Source: a bacterium BMS3Bbin08
GTDB lineage: Bacteria > Nitrospirota > Thermodesulfovibrionia > UBA6902 > BMS3Bbin08
NCBI GenBank assembly: GCA_002897775.1
Contig: BDTR01000053.1
Coordinates: 90,160 to 154,159 of the forward strand
Reading direction: 5' to 3'
Length of the DNA: 64,000 nt
Under the pieces are notes generated by a model. That model was given only the letters and a program-made list of their open reading frames with translations, searched no databases and had not been told where the DNA came from. Each line of letters begins with the position of its first letter. The stretch's first letter is position 1. The position numbers and the translations under genes were made by a program. This document shows, piece after piece, positions 39,230 to 47,055 of this stretch.

Positions 39230-39768
39230 TTTACCAGTCCCAATTTCAAATGCCGGTCCAGTTTTTCCGAGTACTTCCTCGCGCGTATTGCCTTACTCTT
39301 GATATCTCTTACCTCAAACCATATATTTATCCGCCCGCTGATATCCTTCAGATCAAAAGGCTTACTTATGACGTCTATGGCCCCGGAAGCGTGCAAACTT
39401 TCAAGGTCCATTCCTGGATCATAGCCGGTTATCATGATTATCCCCGTGCCCGGAGAGGACCGCAGTACGCGCTTCAGCCTGCGACAGGTCTTAATGCCGT
39501 CCAGGCCGGGCATTTTCATATCCAGGAAGATCACATCAGGCTTCTGTTTCCCGGCCATAGAGATAGCGCTATGGCCATCTTTCAGGGCCACTGTCTTATA
39601 TCCCTTTCTTTCCAGGAACATACATAAAACATCCCTGACAACTCTTTCATCATCCACGACCATAACGGTCTGTGACGTAGATCGCTCAGGCAGTTCTGTA
39701 AGTTTTTTATTTGTCATACCGCAGGCAAAGCTCCGCCCTCTGGAGTAGGAAAACAGAGAAATGTTCAC
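39226..39768 (-). CDS. Receiver, same family (start may be 39717)
   Basis: REC motifs; tail WFEVRDIKSKAIRARKYSEKL; ATAA/ATG-type tight coupling to the FecR-like gene. Confidence 0.87.
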   Translation of the reverse strand: MNISLFSYSRGRSFACGMTNKKLTELPERSTSQTVMVVDDERVVRDVLCMFLERKGYKTVALKDGHSAISMAGKQKPDVIFLDMKMPGLDGIKTCRRLKRVLRSSPGTGIIMITGYDPGMDLESLHASGAIDVISKPFDLKDISGRINIWFEVRDIKSKAIRARKYSEKLDRHLKLGLVK

Positions 39769-39889
39769 TCAACCGGCACTGACAACAACAGCCGGACCTT
39801 TAAGCTCCCGACCGGTCAAAGTCTGATCTCAATAATATCCAAATAAGTTCCTGTCAGCCCGGAACAAATAAATTTTTTAATGACTACCG

Positions 39890-40294
39890 CTATATTTCTA
39901 CGGATTCTTTTTTTTCGTTCAGTACGCTTTTTATGCAGCCGGCCAGTTTCCCGGTATCAACAGGTTTGGCTATAAAACTGCGCCCCCCTATCTTTTTGAT
40001 CGCTTCAATACCGACCTCTTCCCTGGTAACCACGGCTGTCAGAAAAATAACAGGTATGTGTTTTGTCCTCTGATCATGGAACAGGATCTCAGCGATCTCC
40101 GGACCGGACATCTGGGGCATATTAATGTCCAGCAGGATCAGGTCAGGGTTCTTCTCCCTGGCCAGGTTGATCCCTTCCCTGCCCTGACTGGCGGTCATGA
40201 CCTCAAACTCTCCTGTCTGCTCCAGGTTCCTTCCCATAAAAAAACAGAAATCCTTCTCATCATCGATTAGGAGTATTCTTTTCCTGTCTGACAT
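39890..40294 (-). CDS. Single-domain response regulator
   Basis: IDDE, LLDINMP, FLTA, FIAKPV; lacks the W..YSEK tail. Confidence 0.9.
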   Translation of the reverse strand: MSDRKRILLIDDEKDFCFFMGRNLEQTGEFEVMTASQGREGINLAREKNPDLILLDINMPQMSGPEIAEILFHDQRTKHIPVIFLTAVVTREEVGIEAIKKIGGRSFIAKPVDTGKLAGCIKSVLNEKKESVEI

Positions 40295-41985
40295 GTCATT
40301 TTCTCCTTTGACTGCGCCGTTGCTTTGGCCGCCGGCAGTTTCATTATGAATGTTGTTCCTTTACCCGCTTCACTCTTAACGTCTATGATCCCCTTATGAC
40401 GGTCGAGTATGGTACGTACAATGCTCAGGCCCAGTCCCGTCCCTTTCCCGGGTTCTTTTGTGGTAAAAAACGGATCAAACACTTTTGATAATATGTCCCG
40501 CGGGATCCCGCTGCCTGTATCCTCTATCTCTATGGCTACGCGCTTATCCTGATCTTTGCCTGCCTGGTCCGGATATATCCTTAATGTAAGACGTCCCCCG
40601 GCAGACATTGCGTCCATCGCGTTCGAGCAGAGATTAAAAAATACCTGCCGCAGCATTGCCGGGTCCGCCATCACACCGATCAGTTCGCTGAAATATTCTC
40701 TGGTTATTGTCACGTTCTTCAGTTTTGCCTGATCTTTGATCATGGACAACACCTCATCCATCAGTTCACAGATATTTATCATGTCCAGGTCAAGCTTGGA
40801 CACCCTTGAGAATTTCAGAAAATCGATAATAATATTGTTTGCCCTGTTCACAGAATTTATTATCCTGTCCATGGATCCGCTGATCAGATCATCTTTATAG
40901 GTCATGTTGTTTCTAAGAAACTCGACCCCTCCCAGGATGATCGCAAGGGGGTTCCTGATCTCATGGGCTATATCAAATAACAGCCGGCCCACGGCCGCCA
41001 TTTTTTCGATCTGAATAAGCTGGTTCTGTGTCTCATTTAATTCCCTTATAGTATTCTTGAGGTCTGTTATCTTGTTCTGCAGCTGACTGTACAGCCTGTA
41101 ATTTTCCACAACAGCGCCGGCCTGGCCCGCGAGAAGAGACAGCAGGATCTGTTCTCTTTTGTTAAAACTTTCTCCGGAGACCTTGTCGGTTATGTTGATC
41201 ACGCCAAGAGCGTTCTTTTCCAGGTGCTTGATCATCAGACGAAGAGATATGAATGACTTGGTTTTATATTCCGACCTGCTTTTCCGCCTGACCCTCCTGT
41301 CCTGCTCGATATCAACGACCATCAGCGGCTTCCCGTTCTTTAAGACTTTGCCGCAGATACTTTGATCAAGTTTTATCCTGGTGTTTTTCACAACTTCGTC
41401 GCTCAATCCGCGCGCTACTTTTATGGTTAATTCCTCGGTCTTCTCGTCAAGAAGCATAATAGAGCCTCTCCGTGCCTTGACCAGTTTCAGGGCAGAGTCC
41501 AGGATCTGCTCCAGAATGGAATCAAAGTCCGGGGCAGTGGCAATTGCCTTGCTGACCTCCAGAAGCGTCATTAGTTCGCTCAGTTCAACATAATTGACGT
41601 TAACCTTCTGGTTATCCAGGCACCTGTCCACTGTGGCCAGCATCTCGCTCATATCAAAAGGCTTACACAAATAATCAGAAGCCCCTGTCTTTATCGCCTC
41701 TACAGCCGTGCTTATCGATGGATAGCCGGTAAGTACTATCGCCTCTGTGTAGGGATTCACTTTCTTTACCTCTTTTACGACGTCCACACCGCCAACTTTA
41801 GGCATTCTCAGATCTGTGATCAGAAGATTAAAAAAATTACTTTTTATCTTTTCGATCGCGATCTTCCCATCCTCAGCGGTCTCAACGTCATATTTTTTTG
41901 CCTCCAGGGTCTGCTTTAAAAGCTGCCGCACGGTTTGCTCATCATCAATGACCAGGATCTTTGGCTTATCCATTTGAGTTATCAC
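40267..41985 (-). CDS. Hybrid kinase REC-GAF-HisKA-HATPase
   Basis: REC, GAF (GSIMLLD...GVINITDK), AHEIRNP, NLCSNAMDAM, PFFTTK, GTGLGL. Confidence 0.92.
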   Translation of the reverse strand: MITQMDKPKILVIDDEQTVRQLLKQTLEAKKYDVETAEDGKIAIEKIKSNFFNLLITDLRMPKVGGVDVVKEVKKVNPYTEAIVLTGYPSISTAVEAIKTGASDYLCKPFDMSEMLATVDRCLDNQKVNVNYVELSELMTLLEVSKAIATAPDFDSILEQILDSALKLVKARRGSIMLLDEKTEELTIKVARGLSDEVVKNTRIKLDQSICGKVLKNGKPLMVVDIEQDRRVRRKSRSEYKTKSFISLRLMIKHLEKNALGVINITDKVSGESFNKREQILLSLLAGQAGAVVENYRLYSQLQNKITDLKNTIRELNETQNQLIQIEKMAAVGRLLFDIAHEIRNPLAIILGGVEFLRNNMTYKDDLISGSMDRIINSVNRANNIIIDFLKFSRVSKLDLDMINICELMDEVLSMIKDQAKLKNVTITREYFSELIGVMADPAMLRQVFFNLCSNAMDAMSAGGRLTLRIYPDQAGKDQDKRVAIEIEDTGSGIPRDILSKVFDPFFTTKEPGKGTGLGLSIVRTILDRHKGIIDVKSEAGKGTTFIMKLPAAKATAQSKEKMTCQTGKEYS

Positions 41986-42147
41986 GGCAGTTCAGACAAT
42001 AGGTTCCTCTGAGTTCTGACTTTGTGATCTGCTGTCAAGTTCTCCGTAATGGTTATGGCAAGCTTCAAGTAACAAAATGAAAAGGACAGATATTATAGCC
42101 AGGCGGTAAAATATCTCCCGACTAAATAAATGATATTATTTAATATA

Positions 42148-42176
42148 ATATTATCGGATATTTTAATGCTTGTCAA
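42148..42176 (-). promoter_or_regulatory. Sigma70-type promoter heading the 42-28 kb signalling operon
   Basis: TTGACA-N17-TAATAT on the minus strand in an AT-rich region. Confidence 0.65.
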
Positions 42177-42280
42177 GTAAATTATGCTATCAGATAATAT
42201 TATATATTATAAGATTTTATCGCTTTTTGGTGTGAAAATGTAGGAAAAAATACGGGCAGGAAACAAATAAACGCGTTTAA

Positions 42281-42421
42281 TTATTTGAGGGTCCCTTCTT
42301 TGTACCATGTGCCGGTGAACCACCACCAGTAAAGTTTGTTCAGCAGTTCAATGCTTTTGATGCGGTCGAAATCATCAAGCGCTCTTATCTTATAGTCTAT
42401 TATTTTTTTACGGTCTATCAT
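42281..42421 (-). CDS. 46-aa Trp-rich small protein
   Basis: Below the ORF-track cutoff. MIDRKKIIDYKIRALDDFDRIKSIELLNKLYWWWFTGTWYKEGTLK; GAGGGGTG RBS-like site upstream. Confidence 0.55.
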   Translation of the reverse strand: MIDRKKIIDYKIRALDDFDRIKSIELLNKLYWWWFTGTWYKEGTLK

Positions 42422-42460
42422 CTGAATTCACCCCTCTGTTTTCTCTGGATCGCGGAAAGA

Positions 42461-43225
42461 TCATCGGCCTTGTGCCGCCCGGATCAAAATGTTTTTTATT
42501 TCATGTATGTCTTTATCCTGATTCTCTGACATTATCTTTGCCGCAAGACCGGCCGCGTACGCCGACGCAATCGATGTTCCTGCCCTGTTTCCTCTATATC
42601 CTCTGATACGGAGAGTGACCTCATCTCCTTCGATCGAGCCGCTATATACTTTTCCGGACCTGTCCAGGGCGCCGACCGCGATAACCTCGTCGTATCTGGC
42701 AGGATACGCGACCGTATCAGTTGCATAACGTACACCAGCCTTATTGGTTCGCCTGTTGCCCGCGGCCGCGACTATTACTATTCCCTTCCGGTATGCTTCT
42801 CTTATTGCCTGATAAAGCTCTGAAGATCCTTTAAGCCTTAAGGAGATGTTGATGATATCTACATCTCTGGATATTGCCCATTCCAGTCCAAGGATCACGG
42901 CCTTTTCATTTAGTGCCAGGCCGTTATCTCCTATGACCTTGACAATATAGAGCTCAGCGCCGGGGTAGACCTCTTCTATGATCCGGGCCATTAATGTGCC
43001 ATGGCCGTTATGATCGCCGGGAGTGCTGTCTATAAGGCTGATGCCCTCTTTATATGCTGTGTTAGAGCCGGAGTCCAGAACAGCTACTTTTATGCTGAGT
43101 GAAGTCGAAGCGCTAACAGGGTAAACACTTTCCGCTGCGCCTGCCTCGCTGTAAAGCGGGCTGGCCGGTAGCGTGTTCATTGCCGCGATTATGAATCCGG
43201 CTATTATTATTCTCAGCGGTTTCAT
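42461..43225 (-). CDS. Compact S8 (subtilisin-family) serine peptidase, exported
   Basis: Triad VAVLDSG / DHNGHGT / AGTSIAS; AAAGN oxyanion motif; YPARY; signal peptide. Confidence 0.87.
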   Translation of the reverse strand: MKPLRIIIAGFIIAAMNTLPASPLYSEAGAAESVYPVSASTSLSIKVAVLDSGSNTAYKEGISLIDSTPGDHNGHGTLMARIIEEVYPGAELYIVKVIGDNGLALNEKAVILGLEWAISRDVDIINISLRLKGSSELYQAIREAYRKGIVIVAAAGNRRTNKAGVRYATDTVAYPARYDEVIAVGALDRSGKVYSGSIEGDEVTLRIRGYRGNRAGTSIASAYAAGLAAKIMSENQDKDIHEIKNILIRAAQGR

Positions 43226-43285
43226 GTTTGCCGCCCCCTTTCATCCTCTGATTAGGAAGAAGCGTGCCTGAACAGGCCGGGCAAC

Positions 43286-43322
43286 AAAAAACAGCCGGCC
43301 ATTTCACATAACCGGCTGTTTT
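43286..43322 (-). terminator. Intrinsic terminator-like hairpin (possibly bidirectional)
   Basis: AAAACAGCCGG-N13-CCGGCTGTTTTTT on the minus strand. Confidence 0.65.
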
Positions 43323-43523
43323 ATAAAGAAAAAAAGAGGGGGTCTCCCTCAGTGATCCAACAAAAAAGCGCGGGACTATTATGCTCTTGCGTAAGATATG
43401 AGCAAAAAATTGAGCAATATTTGAGCGCGGAACGCCCTGGGACCGATCAGATAAAAGAGGTGTTTTTGCTCAGGATCAGAGCAACGATGAACTACACATT
43501 CAGGCAGGAAACATAGAATGCCG

Positions 43524-43660
43524 TCACTGGTCGCGCGCGCTTTCTTTCATAAAGAACAGGAGCGATGTCGAGAGCGCGATCACAGCGGAGGCCAGATAAA
43601 ACAAGGATTTAAGACCGTAGAATTTGACCAGGTAACCGCCTAAAAAAAGAGCTGACAATA
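43524..43660 (-). pseudogene. C-terminal remnant of an MFS-like transporter
   Basis: LFLGGYLVKFYGLKSLFYLASAVIALSTSLLFFMKE resembles the last two MFS TM helices; no upstream domain. Confidence 0.5.
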
Positions 43661-43661
43661 A

Positions 43662-43900
43662 GGACCTTATCGACCTGCTTCTGCTCGATGTAATAATGCC
43701 TAAAATGAACGGGCAGAAGGTCCATAACGAGATCCAGAAAATAAAACCAGCCATTAAGACAATTTTTATAAGCGGCTATACTGCTAATGTTATGCATAAG
43801 AAAAAAATACTCGCAGAGGGAATAAACTTCATCCCAAAACCTGTTTTGTCGTATGACCTTTTAATAAAGGTAAGAGAGTGCTGGATAAATAAGGTTTGTA
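43662..43900 (+). pseudogene. C-terminal receiver-domain remnant of a hybrid kinase
   Basis: DLLLLDVIMPKMNG...IFISGYTAN...FIPKPV...LLIKVRE; lacks the beta1 acidic pocket. Confidence 0.7.
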
Positions 43901-43904
43901 AAAA

Positions 43905-44171
43905 CTATTTCCTGGCCCTGCCTTTCGATCCTTTCTCTTTAAACTTGATCTCACTGACGGTCCTGCCGGGGCTTTTTGTTTTCGGCGAGATCTCCAGTAA
44001 AACCGAGTGGCCGCAGCCGTTCTCTCCTCTCCTGCGTGGACATACATACCATACATAAAAACCATCGATCCTCTGATAAACCGACTCAAAACGGTTCATA
44101 CATTTCATTTCAGTAGCGCAATAAGGACAGATGACCGGCCTGCGTCTCTCCTGTCTCCTTTTCGTTTTCAT
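43905..44171 (-). CDS. Small basic Zn-ribbon-like hypothetical protein
   Basis: CPYC...C...CPRR...CGH; GGAGG RBS upstream. Confidence 0.6.
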   Translation of the reverse strand: MKTKRRQERRRPVICPYCATEMKCMNRFESVYQRIDGFYVWYVCPRRRGENGCGHSVLLEISPKTKSPGRTVSEIKFKEKGSKGRARK

Positions 44172-44182
44172 CTTAAGCCTCC

Positions 44183-44205
44183 ATTCCCCGTGTGGAAACG
44201 GGGGT
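44183..44205. repeat. ATTCCCC(A/G)YGTGGAAACG(T)GGGG short palindrome, copy 1 of 3
   Basis: Also at 45741-45763 and 53536-53558. Confidence 0.7.
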
Positions 44206-44280
44206 GTTGTCTTACCCTGTTGTATAGAAATTATAAATGCGCCTAAGGAGTATTAATTTCTAATGGGGCTTTCTATTGTT

Positions 44281-45717
44281 TTACCCCATAAGTCCGAATT
44301 CTTTCATCCTGGCGCGAAGGGTATTTCTGCTTATGCCAAGGACCTTTGCGGCCCTTGTCTGACTTTTCCCAACTCTGTTCAGTACCATGTCGATCAAAGA
44401 CTTTTCAAATTTTCCCATGACGCGCCTGTGAAGATCGTTGTCTTCACCCATAGCGCCTTCAAATACAGGGTCCACCATGTCAGATAATATATCTTCGTAA
44501 GCGCTGTCCGGTTTTCGGGTTTCCTGAACCGAATCCGGCTCTCCAGCGGTAAACAGGGAAAAATTGTCAGGAAGCAAAACATCTTTTTTGCTCATTACCA
44601 CAGCCGCCTGCACGGCATTTTCAAGCTCCCTGATATTCCCCGGCCATTTATAGTCTCTCAGGTGCTCCATGACATCCGGCGAGACCTTTTTGATATTTTT
44701 ATTGAACTCCCTGTTGAACTTCTGAATAAAGTAATCTACAAGCAGTGATATATCTTCCCGCCTGTGTCTTAACGGCGGCATATAGATGGTTATGACCTTT
44801 AACCTGTAGTAAAGATCTTCCCTGAACTGGCCCTTTTCAATGGCTTTCCACAGGTCCCTGTTGGTAGAGGCTATCACCCGGACATCCATCTTCATGGTCT
44901 TCTCGCTTCCCACGGGCTCAAAGGTATGCTCCTGGAGCACTCTCAGGATCTTGGTCTGCGTGGATAAGGTCATGTCACCTATCTCATCCAGGAATATCGT
45001 GCCTCCGTTGCACTGTTCGAACTTCCCGATCCTCCTGTTCACAGCTCCGGTAAATGCTCCCTTCTCATGACCGAACAGTTCACTCTCAAGAAGCGATTCC
45101 GGGATCGCCGCGCAGTTAACCGCCAGGAACGGCTTATCAGATCTTGACGAATTTTGATATACCGCCCGTGCTACAAGCTCTTTGCCGGTTCCGCTCTCAC
45201 CCCTGATGAGGACCGTTGCGTTGGAATCAGCGACCTTCCCTATGGTCTTGTATATCTCGAGCATCTCCGGACTGCTGCCAACCATATATGTACCTTCGAC
45301 AAACTTCCCGCTCTTTTCGGTCTGATACGTAACTGACTCCTTCATCAGCCTGCCTGCCTCAAGCGCCTTTCTGATCAGCGCCTTGAACTCCTTGTTCTTA
45401 AAAGGCTTGGTTATGTAGTCATACGCTCCCTTTTTCATCGCTTCGATAGCGGTCTGGGTGGTCCCGTGCGCGGTCATTATAATGACCGACAGTTTCGGGG
45501 CTATCTTTTTTATTTCCAGCAGCGCGTCAAGCCCCTTCATCCCGGGCATCTTGACATCCATGATCACAAGGTCAGGGTCCTTCTTCATTATCAGGGGCAA
45601 TGCTTCCTCTGCTGACAGGGACAGTTTAACGCTATAACCCTCCTCTTCCAGAAAGTCTCTCATTATGGCGAGAATGGTCTTTGAGTCGTCGACTATTAAG
45701 ATCTCAGGCTTCCGCAT
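44281..45717 (-). CDS. NtrC-family sigma-54 dependent response regulator
   Basis: REC, GESGTGKE, GAFTGA, FLDEIG, FREDLYYRL, WPGNIREL, Fis-type HTH. Confidence 0.95.
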   Translation of the reverse strand: MRKPEILIVDDSKTILAIMRDFLEEEGYSVKLSLSAEEALPLIMKKDPDLVIMDVKMPGMKGLDALLEIKKIAPKLSVIIMTAHGTTQTAIEAMKKGAYDYITKPFKNKEFKALIRKALEAGRLMKESVTYQTEKSGKFVEGTYMVGSSPEMLEIYKTIGKVADSNATVLIRGESGTGKELVARAVYQNSSRSDKPFLAVNCAAIPESLLESELFGHEKGAFTGAVNRRIGKFEQCNGGTIFLDEIGDMTLSTQTKILRVLQEHTFEPVGSEKTMKMDVRVIASTNRDLWKAIEKGQFREDLYYRLKVITIYMPPLRHRREDISLLVDYFIQKFNREFNKNIKKVSPDVMEHLRDYKWPGNIRELENAVQAAVVMSKKDVLLPDNFSLFTAGEPDSVQETRKPDSAYEDILSDMVDPVFEGAMGEDNDLHRRVMGKFEKSLIDMVLNRVGKSQTRAAKVLGISRNTLRARMKEFGLMG

Positions 45718-45738
45718 ATTTCTTCCTCTACAGGCTTC

Positions 45739-46830
45739 CTATTCTCCACGTGGAAACGTGGGGTGTTCTATGGGGAGTTCTACTCTCACCACAGTTCCTT
45801 TACCCTTTTTACTTGTTACTGATATAGTGCCTTTATGGTCCTCGATGATCCTGTAAACTATTGATAACCCCAGTCCTATGCCATGCGGCCTGGTAGTAAA
45901 AAAAGGATCGGACAGCTTTGGCATGTTTTCAGCGGGTATTCCCGTGCCTGTATCCGAGATAACGATTGCCGCGTTTCCGTTTGAGACCTCGCTCCTGATG
46001 ACAAGCTCTCCTCCTTTATTCATGGAGTCGATACTGTTTGAGATGACGTTCAGGAAAACCTCTTCGATCTTGGCCGGGTCGCAGGCGATCCGGGGCAGTT
46101 CCCTGCCTGACATGTTTGATACCTTTATCTTCTGTTTTTTGAACCTGTATTTAAGCAGTTCCAGGCTCCTGTTCAGAACTTTATTTATGTCTGATCTGAG
46201 AAATTCACTTTTGTCAGGCTTGCTGAATGTGAGGAATCTTCTGATCAGTGTTTCGGCGCGTTCCACTTCCTCCAGGACAAGGGTAATATTCCTGCCTTTT
46301 TTCATTGTGGAAAGTTCGGGTTTAAGCATTTCAAGAAAGAGTTTCACCCCTGTCAGCACGGTATTTACTTCATGGGCCACGCCGGCCCCCATATGCGCCA
46401 ACGCGTTCAGTTTTTCCGCTACACGGATCTGCTCCCGCAACTTCCTTTTTCTCTCGGCAAGCGCGTGCATCTCCACTGCCCTTTTAATAACAATATCTAT
46501 ATATTCAGCGTCAAAGGGCTTTGTTATATAATCGAAACATCCCAGCTTTATTGCTTCCTTGGCTGTTTCTATGGTCGCGTAGCCGGTTATAATAATAATG
46601 ATGAAATCTTTTTTCAGTTCCTTTGTTTTGTACAATACTTCCATACCGTTCATTCTGGGCATTTTGAGGTCCAGGATCAGCATGTCATAATGGGATCTTT
46701 TTACCTTTTCAAGCGCGTCTACCCCATCTACGGCAGTATTTACCACATAACCCTGCCTACAGAGGAGCTTTTCAAACAGCTCCCTTATAACCTGTTCATC
46801 ATCAGCAACCAGAACTCTGAGTTTCTTCAT
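45739..46830 (-). CDS. Hybrid kinase REC-HisKA-HATPase
   Basis: REC, AHEVN, NVISNSID, DTGTGI, PFFTT, GIGLGL; tail HPTFPRGE is encoded by the short palindrome. Confidence 0.92.
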   Translation of the reverse strand: MKKLRVLVADDEQVIRELFEKLLCRQGYVVNTAVDGVDALEKVKRSHYDMLILDLKMPRMNGMEVLYKTKELKKDFIIIIITGYATIETAKEAIKLGCFDYITKPFDAEYIDIVIKRAVEMHALAERKRKLREQIRVAEKLNALAHMGAGVAHEVNTVLTGVKLFLEMLKPELSTMKKGRNITLVLEEVERAETLIRRFLTFSKPDKSEFLRSDINKVLNRSLELLKYRFKKQKIKVSNMSGRELPRIACDPAKIEEVFLNVISNSIDSMNKGGELVIRSEVSNGNAAIVISDTGTGIPAENMPKLSDPFFTTRPHGIGLGLSIVYRIIEDHKGTISVTSKKGKGTVVRVELPIEHPTFPRGE

Positions 46831-46974
46831 TTTAACTCCAAAAAAAGTAGCAAGTAGACAGTAGAGAGACTCTAAATGTAAAAAATATTTTTATCTTCGA
46901 TTTTTTCTGCTCTCGTCCATCATCCATCGTCCTTCGTCTTTTCCTTCTATCTACTCGCTACTCTCTACTTGCCT

Positions 46975-47055
46975 GCCCCGTTGTCCAGATTCGTTTTATA
47001 ACTCCCGCGTCCAGTTTTGCTAACACAAAACTGCGGGTGCAGAATCTAACGGGGC
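46975..47055. repeat. ~80-bp double-GTCC-bulge palindromic element, copy 1
   Basis: GCCCCGTT[GTCC]AGATTC..CCCGC[GTCC]AGTTTTG-CTAACA-CAAAACTGCGGG..GAATCTAACGGGGC; overlaps the kinase 3' end. Confidence 0.9.

Noticed and set aside
41985-42060. Possible c-di-GMP-I (GEMM) riboswitch before the hybrid kinase
   Set aside because: Only ACAAAG...CTGCCG and a short stem resemble it; the P1 GGCAAA and GNRA-loop features are missing. A cmsearch would settle it.
47020-47022. Pyrrolysine-type recoding at the hairpin UAG
   Set aside because: No pyl genes in the window, and readthrough adds only a few residues before TAA; kept only as a testable side hypothesis.
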